Source of the DNA: Octopus sinensis
Taxonomy: Eukaryota
Assembly: GCF_006345805.1 (NCBI RefSeq)
Contig: NC_043011.1
Location: 23,572,464-23,636,463 of the forward strand
Reading direction: 5' to 3'
DNA: 64,000 nt
Of this stretch, positions 47,352 through 59,400 are shown piece after piece. Numbering within the stretch: position 1 is the first letter of the stretch; each line of letters starts with the position of its first letter. Both the position numbers and the translations under genes were made by a program. The notes below the pieces were generated by a model that did not search any database, was not told where the DNA came from, and saw only the letters and a list, made by a program, of their open reading frames with translations.

Positions 47352-50300
47352 CAGGGGTGGGGTAACTTTTAAGTGTGGCGAGCAAAAATTTCCAAAGAAA
47401 AAGGTCTGCAGGCAGATCACAAGTTCTGATTCTTGTATCTGTGTATATATCTATGTATAATTTGATATCCATTAATAAAGGTAAGTTTAACACACTGAAT
47501 TAACACGCAACATCTTCAACACCGTCACTGAATTTAGGACATTTGTATTACTTATGAGGTATTCTATATTTTTCAAAATGTACCTATCCTTATGTTGGAG
47601 AAATCATAACAGTCAAGCACAGACCAAATTGAATTTTGAAAAATTACATTAATACCTAAATAGTATTATCTGTAAATGATATATTTAAACAAATTTATCC
47701 TAGTAATAATTTTATCAAAGCTAATTAACCAAACTTTAAAATTTGGCTTTGTTTAGTAAGAAGGATGAAACTACTTTTTTTTTTTTTTTTTTTTTTGAAA
47801 GTTTAGGAATATCAAGTCTTTGAAGAAACTGCTATTCTTAGTTCAATACTCAAGTTTTTTGTTAGTAAGTCTGGTACAAAGACAATTTTTTGGCATAATT
47901 CAATTTGGAATAAAAAAAAAAGTGCTCACATTGATTAATTGTCAAAAATTGAGATACAAATTTCAAGGAATTTTTATGTAAAGGGGAGGGTTTCTCAGGA
48001 TTGATGGGCTTGTAGAAGTCCAATAAAGACTGATTACTATATTTTGATTTTATTAAGTTATCCAACTGCAAATCAATTCTAATTGTAAGGAATCTGAAGC
48101 CCCCTCAGGACACATATCAAAAGGTGTTTCAAAAACATGTAGTTCAATTTTATCTTGTATTTCTTCAAATCTACTTTCAAATTTCTTCAAAAGACTTTCA
48201 CACTTATCAGAATATTCCTTTGTTGATTCAGGATTTTGTTCACTCAATTTTGCAAAATGTGTGAAGCACTTTCTTTTCAATTGTGTGACAAATAAATGAA
48301 GTATCGATTCTAAGTTTTTGATATGAGAAAGCAAACTGGTTATTAGCTGATTGGAGCCTTGTAGTTTCAAGTTCAAATTATTTAAGTGACTAATTATATC
48401 TACTAAAAATGCTAAACCACTTTGAAACTTTTTATCTTCCAGTTCTATAATAGGAACACTGCTTAATATCCATAAAAATTTTCACTTCTTCCTTCAGTTC
48501 ATAAAATTGCTTAAGCATTTGGTCCTTATTTGACCACTTAATTTCACAATGTACAATAACTCCCTATATTCAGCTTCAAGCTATTTCAAAAGTTCTTTAA
48601 ATTTCCTATTATTCAACCCTTTGCTTTTTATCAAACTAATGACCTTAGTTACAACTTTCATTACATTACCCATCTCTAGAGATTTTGCACATAAACTTTC
48701 CTTCTGAATAAAGCAGTGCACAAAGTTTCTGGATCCAAAAGACGTTTCTTAAATTCGTTCTTAGTCAGAGCTATGAACCCTTTTTCATGACCTACCATAG
48801 ATGGAGCGACCTCTGTAGCAAGACCACTCATTTTTTCATATGGTAAATCAAAATCTTTCAAGGCTGAGTTGATCATTTGAAATAAATCTTCACCTCTAGT
48901 TGTTCTATGCATTGATTTCAAGGCAAGAAATTCTCCCCGAATGTTGAATTTTGCAGTTATTGCGCATATAAATATTGCCATCTGAGCAGTATTAGACAGA
49001 TCAGTTGTTTCCTCAATAGCTAATGAATACAATATGAATTCTACTGAATCAGATTTTAGAGAATTTTGAATGTCCTCAGTAATATCTTTAATATGATCAG
49101 AAATAGTTCTTCTTGATAAGCTAAAATTTCCAAACAAATTAAATTTTTTTGGGCATATATTCTCAACATCAGTAAGGATACATTCTTTCACAAATTCACC
49201 ATCGCTATGTGGTTTGAGGTTTTTAGCAATATTTCCGTATACCGAATGATTAGCTCAAGTAACTGATTAACTTTCAAGAATTGGCCTTTTAAAAAAAGCT
49301 TGTCTTTTGGTCAAATTTTCTTTCAAGGAGGCTAATGTCAAAACGTTCAGATTCTTTCAACTTTCCATAGGTCTTATGCTTACTCACAAAATGTCTCTCT
49401 ATATTATATTTTTTATGAACGGCTACTTGTTCGTTGCAGATGATACAAATGCACTTGTCATCTATTTCACTAAAAAAAATAAATCTCAGTCCATTTTTCA
49501 TCAAACAAAGCACATTCACCAGCACTTCTTTTTATAAATGCTTGTCATATTGATAAGGGTATTAAAAAATTGATTGAACAAAGTTATAAACTGGTTAAAT
49601 TTATATTATCACTTTCGGAATTTTTGTTACAACCACTGCCTGGGAAAAACAAAAGCCAAGTGGTAATGCATGCATTTAGGGTTATAAAAATAGTAAAAAG
49701 TATAAATTATAAAAATTAAGATATTGCTTGGTTCTGCAAGGTTTAACTTGATTTTTCTCTCTCCCTTGTCCACACAGGTGTTGACAAGTGAGTTGATAGG
49801 GAAGGGTGATAACCGATAAGCTGATAGCAGATGAAAGTAACTCCTGTTGACCTTCTTGACACCAACTGATAGCAAAAATGCGACACCCCTTTTGAAAAAC
49901 ATTTTTTCACTGCTTCAAGGAAAAATGTAATATTTTTTTATAATCCTGTTCACAAAGCACCAAATTAGTAGTTTCTGTTTCGATGAAGCTTTACCGATTT
50001 GTTTTTGATTTTTAATAGGTTTTTTAAGTATTTTTAGCTTATCAATTGACAGAAAGAGGGTGAAGCGTCGATTTCGGAGACTTTTTTGTTAAAACGTAAA
50101 AAATAAAATAGAGAGGAAAATTTAAATTTGGATATGAATAATTTTTACACTATCTTCTACAACCCTTCAGCTTTCATTTCATATAAAAATTATTTCAATA
50201 CATGCAATATAGTTTTAGTTTTCTCAGCTAAAGTGTTGTTGGGTCTTAAGGGGGAGGTACAAATCTAGCAATGTGTGTTTTATAATGAAAATAAAATTTC

Positions 50301-50510
50301 TATTCAAATGGAGATTTCTGTTAGAGTTTGACTATTTTAAATCATGGTAGAAACCCAACCTATGTCATAAATAGGTTTACGAGAATTGTATAAATTTTAT
50401 AACTGAAAAATTAATTTTATTTTGTACATATGAGTATATCAGCATGTGGGCACAATAAAATGTGCTTGCAGGTGCAGTCACACCCATGAGTGGGGGTTTC
50501 CCCATCTCTG
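47352..50510 (-). mobile_element. Complete-ended hAT (Buster/Charlie/SPIN-type) transposon with decayed transposase
   Basis: 15-bp TIRs CAGGGGTGGGGTAAC / CAGAGATGGGGAAAC (12/15 match) and a perfect 8-bp TSD GTCTACAG at 47344-47351 and 50511-50518. Confidence 0.95.
47860..49560 (-). pseudogene. hAT transposase pseudogene (GTF2IRD2/EPM2AIP1/SPIN-like family)
   Basis: Fragments KCICIICNEQVAVHKKYNIERHFVSKH (zinc finger), SLSRRTI, SLAIEETTDLSNTAQMAIFI, TTRGEDLF, ATEVAPSMVG, VHCFIQKESLCAK and EAEYRELLY. Several frameshifts and stops; catalytic Asp positions appear changed to Glu. Confidence 0.9.
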
Positions 50511-50985
50511 GTCTACAGTGACAAATTTTCTCCAAGACAAACCACAGTGAACGGCTTTTTCTTATTGGTTCAAATATGCCCCAAAATATTTGAACCGATA
50601 ACAAGACTGTATTTATATAAATCACTGCTTGGTGCTGCCACCCTATAATTAATTTTTCATTTTGTATTTCTTGGCATTACATTTGTGTTTTTTTTTTTTT
50701 CTCTAAAAATTATGTTCTTTAGATAAGAAAATTATTTTCCCATCTCTTTAAACATCAATGATAGGGAGTGTTTATCCACAGAGCATTTATTAGCAAATCT
50801 ATCTAAAATCTTTTTTGGTTGAGAAGGAACAGACCACTTGTTCATATATTTAGATTTTAAAAATTCCAAGAAGAAATAACACAGACGGCTAAAAGCAATA
50901 ACCAGTTCTTTAGTTGAATTTAGTTAGCTTAAGCATATCTTAAGACAATGTAGACAAATTTAAAAAAACAATTTAATGAACGTAC

Positions 50986-51108
50986 CTTTTTATATGTCAC
51001 AACACCTGATTCGTCCACCCTCCGATGACCGATTTTCTTTTCACGATCTCTAGCCGTCCCCAACGAAGGAGTTTTTGGTCCATGACCTGGTCCCACAGAA
51101 ATATGAGT
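50986..51108 (-). CDS. PIP5K1: PIP5K type I coding exon (THISVGPGHGPKTPSLGTARDREKKIGHRRVDESGVVTYKK), phase 0-0
   Basis: 123 nt, acceptor TTTTTCAG, donor AAG|GTACGT. The KKIGHRRVD...TYKK motif is typical of the type I PIP5K N-terminus. Confidence 0.93.
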
Positions 51109-54100
51109 CTGAAAAATAAAATATAATAAAAACAATTATTACCAAATGTAACTGAAAAGATAATAACAGTATTAGCAGCATTAATGATGAATTATTTGAC
51201 AGTCTTCAATGGATGCAACATTTTTTTTACAAATAAAAGAGAAAAATAAAGAATTTTTTAGAGCAATTTCTTGCTATAACTATTACAAAGGTATTTCACA
51301 CAATTTTATTCAGTGATGTTCATTTATTAAGCATTACAATCATCAATTTGTAATACAAAAGAATAACAACTCTCCTGTCTTCAAATGATTATCATAATGT
51401 CTTAATATCATCAGCACTGAAAATCTTAGCCATTAATTCAGTTTAATTAAGCAGTTAATTTGATACTCATCTATATTGGTTAATAATACTAAGTAGTCGA
51501 ATAGACTGACCAAACAGATAGCAGCTTAACTCCTTAAGATATACATAGTCTCTGATGTGGGAAGAAAATACATTGTGACATGCTTTTATCAAAATTATTA
51601 GTGACGTAAATAATGAAAAATAACTCCAGCCAGAAATCTGAAACCAACAGATTTAATCAACTAACCAACAGATCAACAACTTTATTATTGCTTAATATCG
51701 AAGATTCAATGAAACACTAGAGCTAACAACAAAACTTCACCTGCCGAACATGAGAAGAATTTACTTGCTGTGGACAGCCATTATTCTAGTTGTAGAAAGA
51801 ATTGAATAAAATGTGGTACAAACCTCATAACTGAGAGCAAATTTAGTGACATTTTATTACATGCATCCTTATGTATTACAAGTGTGTGTGTGTGTGCGCG
51901 CAGTTGTTCTAACAGGGCAAAAGCCACAATACTTCAAAGCAACCAAGCAACCAAAGTAACACAAACACTATTTCACTATTTAAGAGTTGAGTGACACACT
52001 TATTTCACTTATTTATTTATTTATTTATTGAATTGTAAATTAAGACTGTGACAATTCATTACACCATCAGGCCACATTATATGTTCCACACTCAAGGCAT
52101 GATTGCACTAGGTTAACCCACCGGCTGAAACAGTGCTGTGATACTAAAAACCCAAGAGTATATGGTTACAAACTTTTTTTTTTCTTTAATACTCTAAATA
52201 CTTTTGACCCACAAGACTAAGAAATATATTGTAGCTGTTCATCTGAAAGCACATGCATGCACACACATTATCACATCTCTGAGTATTTTGTATTTGCTTG
52301 TACTACATAACTGCAGGCCATCTATTAAAAATAGTGGGGTTATGCAATAAATATAAGTAGTTTTTTGAGTTCTTGCTAAGGTTATAATGTAAAAAGAACA
52401 ACAAGTGGGTAATATCAATTTGCCCATATCAGCATTATATTTTAAGCCTGTCTTCCATGATGGCAAAAGTTGGATGATTAGACAGGATCTAACTGGGGCT
52501 GGAAAACTGCACTGAGCTCCAATGTCTTTTTTGGCATGGTTTCTACACTTTAATGCCCTTCCTAATGTCAACCACTTTACAGTGTGTACTGGATATTTTG
52601 GGGGGTTTCTTTTTTATTGTAGCATTAGGGAGGTAACCAAATAACTTTCAACACAAACAAAATACTCCTTGACTAAGGGGTGTTATAATAGAAAAGAAGG
52701 TGGCTTTATGCTCCGTGACGAGCAGCTAAAGCATGACAGAGTGACAGGCACAGGTGCCTTGCTATAAGGTAAGATACATATTCTATATCATTATCGCTAA
52801 TATACACTCCAGATAATATTACCATCCAGGGAAGCGAATATGAAATTATCCATTGGAAGAATTTACAGCATGAGTGATAACTCATAATAGTCAAAAATGT
52901 TAAATGCTAATTGACACAGCCATAACCTGGAACATAACAGTATCTGCCCAGTTAATATACTCTTCTAAAACTCACATTAATTACACACACACACACACAC
53001 ACACATAGGGCTTCTTTCAGTTACCATCTACCAAATCTGCTCACAAGGTTTTGATTGGCCTGAGGTCATAGTAGAAGACACTTGCCCAAGGTGCCATGCA
53101 GTGGGACTGAACCCAGAACCATTTAGTTAGGAAACAAGCGTTTTACCACACAGCCATACCTGCACTTATATCTAAATATAGATATTTTGGGCAGTCCAAA
53201 TTTGTAAAACTGTTGCAGAAGAATGTTTTCTAGTTTCTGGTCTACATCATGCCACCTAAACACCAATACTTTTTCCCTTCCACATATGGTAATTTCCATC
53301 AAATTTCTTGAAGTATTTACCAACTCACTTGTTTCCTAATTTTTTTAAAGATAATTGAAACATGTGAATAGTTTGATAACTTCCAAATGAAGATGTGAAG
53401 ATAGAGGTACATTCACAATGTAGACAAGTTCCTGGAAAGTATGTCGTTCTTGCAGAAACATGTTAATGTGTGCGAAAAATTTTGTTTTCACTTGGTTGAA
53501 GGTTGATTTGTACTTTACAGCAAAAATGTTAGTTAAACTAAAAACCAGAAGGAATTTAACTGAGATCAGTTTATTATTTATCTTTTTCATTTCTCCAAGT
53601 TAAAGCAAATGGTACTGGCTTTTCACTTCCATTATGTCACTTGATGTATCAAGTCCTTTCCCTTTAGCATTTTCCCCCATTTCTCCCCCATCTCATACAA
53701 ACCATTTCAGCTGCCAAGCATTTGCTCAGTAGTTAAGATTGTGGAAATATGTAGCAATTCAGCTCTGATTTCTATGCCATTCTCCACAACGTCCAGCTAT
53801 TTATTCACTAGACATATGATTTCATGAAACTGATCTTCCTGCAGCAGATGTTTCTGTGAGGTGTTGAAATTTATCGAAATCTAAATGGTTTGTTCTCTAT
53901 ATCGTTTTTCAGAGTGGATCTTTCATCACTTACTTCCATTTCATCTGATGAAGTGACAATTACTGACAAAAACTTTATATATCTATAATATAGTTTACTA
54001 AGAGTATTGATATCACTCTTTTGTTTCCAAAATGTTCATCAAAAACAATGGAATATTTCAGAATGAATTAGTATATCAGTTAACTGGAAATATTAGAAAC

Positions 54101-54477
54101 AGTAGTTCTCAATTATCATATTGTTTGTCAAAAAAAAAAATTCCCAGAAATTGTCTTTTTGTCTGTAGTGCTTAATCAAGAGTAAGCAATTATGCCAAAA
54201 TCATAATTTGTATGCTGCCATCATCTTTCATATAAATTGATTAGTGGAAGAATTTTATATGTAGATAGAATTTTATATCTGTGTAATATTAAGAAAGCCA
54301 CTATTTCATTACAAACTCCTAACAAAATATTGTTATAGAATTATATTACTTATAACAGAATTTAAGTACTAAAAACATAAGCATGCTATAGCTGTACAGT
54401 CTTACAGAAATATCAAAGGAGCTTGTAGAAAATATTTGACATGCTAACTAATTTTCATAGGTCTGTAGTTATTTCCT

Positions 54478-54675
54478 TTAACCTCCTTGGCATTTAAACC
54501 AGCCATATTTGGCCAAAATATTCTTTTATGTTCAAACCAGCCAGATCCAGCCTCACACCTATGCTACAATGTCATTTAAAAGTAATCACATCATTGAAAT
54601 CTCAAAGCTATGAGATAATGCATGATTAATTTTTTAAAAATGTGAATAAGTAAGTATTACATTTGACAGGGTTTT
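54478..54675 (-). mobile_element. Reverse copy of the 22530-22747 MITE family
   Basis: aaaccagccagatcc and gaaatctcaaagcta are complementary to the 22530 copy; begins ttaacctcct. Confidence 0.55.
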
Positions 54676-54837
54676 CTGAAACTACAAGCTTAAACTGTAC
54701 CTAATTCACTCATGTTAACACTATCAAATTGCATGGTTCTACTTCAATTATGTATCTATGGGATAATTCTTTCATTTCAGAATGAGATTTTGTGTTTACA
54801 AAGATATCCCCTTTTTAAGATTATGTAAAACATTTGA

Positions 54838-55170
54838 AGCAGAGCCATGTTGGGACACTGCCTTGAAGGGTTTTGGCCAAACAATCTAATCCCAGGATTT
54901 ATTTTTTTAACCTTCATTTTATCTTATTTGTACCTCTTGCCAAACCACTAAGTTATAGGGACATAAACACACCAACAGCAGTTGTCAAGTAGTCGTGGGG
55001 GACAAACACATACAATGGGCTTTTTTCAGTTTACGTCTACCAAATCCACTCTCAAAGCTTTGATCAGCCCGAGGCTATAGAAGAAAACACTCGCCCAAGG
55101 TGTTATAAAGTGGGACTTAACCTGGAACCATGTGATTGGGAAGCAAGCTTCTTAACACACAGCCATGTCT
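54838..55170 (-). mobile_element. SINE family B
   Basis: Family B motifs. Further partial copies lie at about 6793-7015 (+), 20825-20972 (-), 52975-53165 (-), 59905-60012 (+) and 60530-60705 (-). Confidence 0.75.
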
Positions 55171-55969
55171 GCAGCTTAGGCATACTCATTTCACATGATT
55201 GGCTGATTAACTGACCAATCAGCATTCTAGAACCTTTCTAACAGGGCTTAGAAATAGATGAATTTTTCACACTAAAACTTCAGGATGTTGGAGGCCACCA
55301 CTACAAAAACACTTTCTCATTCTCATTTTTATCTTTCAGCCCAAACAGAAACAGTATAACAATAGTTATTTTAACAACTACTTATTCAACCGAGAAGTTG
55401 GCAGTCACAGATATGCTGTCTTGAATTTAATATATTTCTCCAATCATGACAGTGTAGTCACGGACTAGTACTAACCAGCTATTTCATCAAAACTACAGAG
55501 TTTATCTATTCTCATGTGTATAAATTGTTTGTATTTATCATTCAAAGATGAACACGAAAAATATTATGAGCAACGCATAAAACTTCAGTAAATCGTTCAT
55601 GGGAGTTATTCATCAATTACACACAGCCAGTACATAGCACAACTAAAAATACCTTAGTGACACATTTATATACACATTTTCATACATACACATACCGATG
55701 TATGATATCCCTCTAAACACTCTCTCTATCTCACAAATTGTAGTGTTATATGATAAGTTGGTCTCCCATTTCTTCCATGTATACATGTCTTACATTTTCA
55801 AAGGGTATAATATATGCATTCCCTTGTGTAACCATATATCTATGAGATTCCATAATACAGTATGTGTTGAGTCAATTCATTTTAGCTTTGGAAGAAGCAA
55901 TAAGTAGATGATTTTCCACATTGTATAATGCAGGGGGAGGGGTGATCGGGAAATGTAAGTATTTTTTTC

Positions 55970-56385
55970 TTTTATTTTCTTTTACTTGTTTCAGTCATTT
56001 GACTGCGGCCATGCTGCAGCACCGCCTTTAGTCGAGCAAATCGACCCCGGGACTTATTCTTTGTAAGCCCAGTACTTATTCTATCGGTCTCTTTTTGCCA
56101 AACCGCTAAGTGACAGGGACGTAAACACACCAGCATCGGTTGTCAAGCAATGCTAGGGGGACAAACACAGACACACAAACATATACACACGCATACATAT
56201 ATATATATATATATACATATATACGACAGGCTTCTTTCAGTTTCCGTCAACCAAATCCACTCACAAGGCATTGGTCGGCCCGGGGCTATAGCAGAAGACA
56301 CTTGCCCAAGATGCCACGCAGTGGGACTGAACCCAGAACCATGTGGTTGGTTAGCAAGCTACTTACCACACAGCCACTCCTGCAC
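55970..56385 (-). mobile_element. SINE family B, young full-length copy
   Basis: CpG-rich; tail cttgtttcagtcatttgactgcggccatgctg, internal (CA)/(TA) microsatellite, head ccacacagccactcctgcacc. Confidence 0.88.
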
Positions 56386-56672
56386 CTATATGGTTATATT
56401 AGTTACTAAGTTTGCTTAGTAACACAAGATTCTGATTTGATCCCAGCGAATTGTGCCTTTGGGAAGGTACTCTGTCACAGCTTTGGATCAATCCAAGACT
56501 CGTGAGTAACAGTGAGCAGAAAGAAACTATGTGCAAGCCTATCAGATAGAATGTACTCATTTTTATGTAATTCATCAAACAGGTTAAGCACAAGCATCTC
56601 GCCCTTCTGCAAGCATTCAGACCGAGTTCCAGGTCTGAGGATAACTTGATATATTGATGATCCATTGTTTTC

Positions 56673-56945
56673 ATCATCATCATCATTTAACGTCTGTTTC
56701 CCATGCTAGCATGGGTTGGACGGTTCAACTAGGGTCTGGGGAGCCAGTAGGCTGCGCCAGGCCCAGTCTGATCTGGCAGTGTTTCTACGGCTGGATGCCG
56801 CCCTTCCTAACGCCAACCACTCTGTGAGTGTAGTGGGTGCTTTTTACGTGCCACCTGCACAGGTGCCAGACGAGGCTGGCACGGCCACGATCGGATGGTG
56901 CTTTTTACATGTCACCGGCACGGGGGCCAGACGAGGCTGGCAACT
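56673..56945 (-). mobile_element. Relatively young RTE-type 3' UTR/tail copy
   Basis: CpG-retaining; (CAT)n-ttaacgtctgtttcccatgctagcatgggttggacgg, with two copies of the GTGCTTTTTACRTG motif. Confidence 0.7.
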
Positions 56946-57368
56946 ACTGTAATAATTTCTTCCTCTGTTTTCCCAATCTTGAAGACAATGTGAAAGATCA
57001 CAGGTATTGCCTTTTCTTCTATAAACTATAAAAAAAAAAATACAAGGAAAAATGTTTTGCAATATATACATTCCCTACTAATGTCCATGCTTCTATAAAG
57101 GTTTCTGGTATATCAAGGGATTTTGTTGCTCATCTCATTTTTTCCTCCCATTTAAATCAAAGACAATTTATGTAAGTTCTCTACTTTACCATAATAAATT
57201 TATGAATAGTCTAAGACTATTGTTTTAATCATATTTTTATATAATGACCTTTGCAAGCTCTCAAAGGCTGGTGAGATTGATGCAGATGATATCCAGCCTG
57301 AATGTCTGCTGGAAGAGAGCCAACATCTGATCTGCGTATGTGAAGTATAAAGTCATGCGGTGAGAGTG

Positions 57369-57440
57369 GTGGTTATAATGTTGAGTATGTGGCAGTGGTT
57401 ATAAGGTTGAGTATGCAGCAGTGATTATAAGGTTGAGTAT
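57369..57440. repeat. Imperfect 26-bp tandem repeat, about 2.8 copies
   Basis: gtggttataa(t/g)gttgagtatg..gca starting at 57369, 57395 and 57421. Confidence 0.85.
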
Positions 57441-57559
57441 CCCTATGTATTTCTTCAAGGCATATTTTAAAAACATCTTAATAGAAATTAGCAATGTACT
57501 AGGGCTAATAATTCCTTATCCAAAATGCTAGGGACCAACAGTGTTTCATTTCAGGATGA

Positions 57560-57960
57560 CTCTTTCACTCTTTTACTTGTTTCAGTCATATGACTGCGAC
57601 CATGCTGGAGCACCACCTTTAGTTGAGCAAATCGACCACAGGACTTATTCTTTGTGAGTCTAGTACTTATTCTATCGGTCTCTTTTTGCTGAACCGCTAA
57701 GTTACAGGAACGTAAACACACCAGCATCGGTTGCCAAGCGATGTTGGGGGGGACAAACACAGACACACAAACACATACATATATATACATATATAAAACG
57801 GACTTCTTTCAGTTTCTGTCTACCAAATCCACTCACAAGGCTTTGGTCGGTTTGAGGCTATAGTAGAAGATACTTGCCCAAAGTGCCATGCAAGTGGGAC
57901 TGAACCTGGAACCATGTGGTTGGTAAGCAAGCTACTTACCACACAGCCACTCCTACACCT
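57560..57960 (-). mobile_element. SINE family B, full-length copy
   Basis: Closely similar to 55970-56385 over its whole length. Confidence 0.88.
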
Positions 57961-58679
57961 ATGTATATTTACATCTATAAAATGGGATAGCTTCACCATG
58001 GGATCCAAGTCTAAACACAATATCCTTTTACCTTTCATAATTCAACTTATATGCATATACTATGAAGATAGTTTCATATAAATGCAGCACTAGTCCAGTT
58101 CACAGCAAGTAATATATTTTGAAATTAGAAACATTTCGTTTTCACCAAAACAAACCAGCCTATTACACTTTCATTTCATCTTTACATGAAACAACTACGT
58201 CATTTTTCACACTTTCATTTCATGCCCACTGATATACTAAAACACAGGGTGTGACTTACAGGAGATTTGATTGCCAGTTTTAGTTGGTCAAGTGTACACA
58301 CAAAACCTTCTTTGTTAATTCAACCATATTGTATATACATATACATATATGTAACATTAAAAATAAAAATGGAGAATTATACATCCTCAAAGGCTTGTTT
58401 ATTGCAATATTCTATACAATACATTCACTTCAAATCTCTGTCCAATAAGTGTTTTTACTGCAAAGATATCCTAAGATGTAGTAACCAGTTGCATCCTGTT
58501 GCATTATAAATTCATCTAGGGTATACGTATCCATGCAACTTTATTCAAAATGTTACCACTTATGGGTTTTGAAGTAAACTTGATGTGGTTAGCCAGAATC
58601 TGGATTATACTTGTAAGGTACTTCCCTGGATTCAAAATCGCTATTCTTTTACATCACACACACACACACACAATCATCA

Positions 58680-59400
58680 TCATTTTTATCTCTGCCTTTC
58701 CATGCTTATGTAGATTAGATGAGTCTTCAATGGCACAGCATATTGCCACTTGTGCTCTTTCATCAGCATCATCATCATGACTTCTGAAATCAACTTTCAC
58801 CACTTTTTTTCCATATCTCCTTCAGTCTTCCTCTTTCACAGATTCCTTCCAATTCGATCACTTGAATCTTCATCACTCAACTGGCATTCTCTGTACATAT
58901 CAGATGTCCCTACAAGTGCAGTCTGCTCTCTTGTACACTACAAATGATTCCACACAATTTTTCTTTCAGTTAATTTGGCTGTTACTCAATACATATCCAA
59001 TGAAGCATGCTTACCTCATTTTTTCCTTCCAGCCTTGGCATATCCTCTACATTCAATGCCCGTGTTTTCCTACCATGCAACATTACACTTCATACACAAA
59101 CATCACACATTTGACCTTCATTCAGAAGAGAGAGTGTCTTTGTTGCCAGCAATGGTAATACCTCCCAGCATTTTTTTCTTCTCTGCTATTAGTCTAGCAA
59201 TAATACTTTTGAAACACTCACCCTCACACCTTATCCACTTTCACTTGGGTAACAAAAACTATCAACTATTTTCAGGGTGCCTTCCAATAACATTTGAAAG
59301 AATTTATTTCACTGGTGTTCTTGCTGCTAGCTACTTCTACATTTGCTACAAACAAAGTCTTCCTTCTTCCAGTCTGCTTACAATCCCACTCTTGTGCACT
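58680..59400 (-). mobile_element. RTE-clade LINE 3' fragment, reverse orientation
   Basis: The reverse complement resembles LLATKTLS..MKGQMCDVCV.SVMLHGRKTRALNVEDM.RLER and ends in (GAT)n. Confidence 0.65.

Noticed and set aside
49790-49880. Cluster of five GATA motifs inside the hAT 5' region
   Set aside because: Short motif in AT-rich repeat DNA; I could not distinguish it from transposon subterminal repeats or chance.
53600-53930. Coding-like minus-strand frame (QKHLLQEDQFHEIICLVNK*LDVVENGIEIRAELL...)
   Set aside because: Interrupted by stops, no recognisable family, no splice support; it may be an old repeat remnant.
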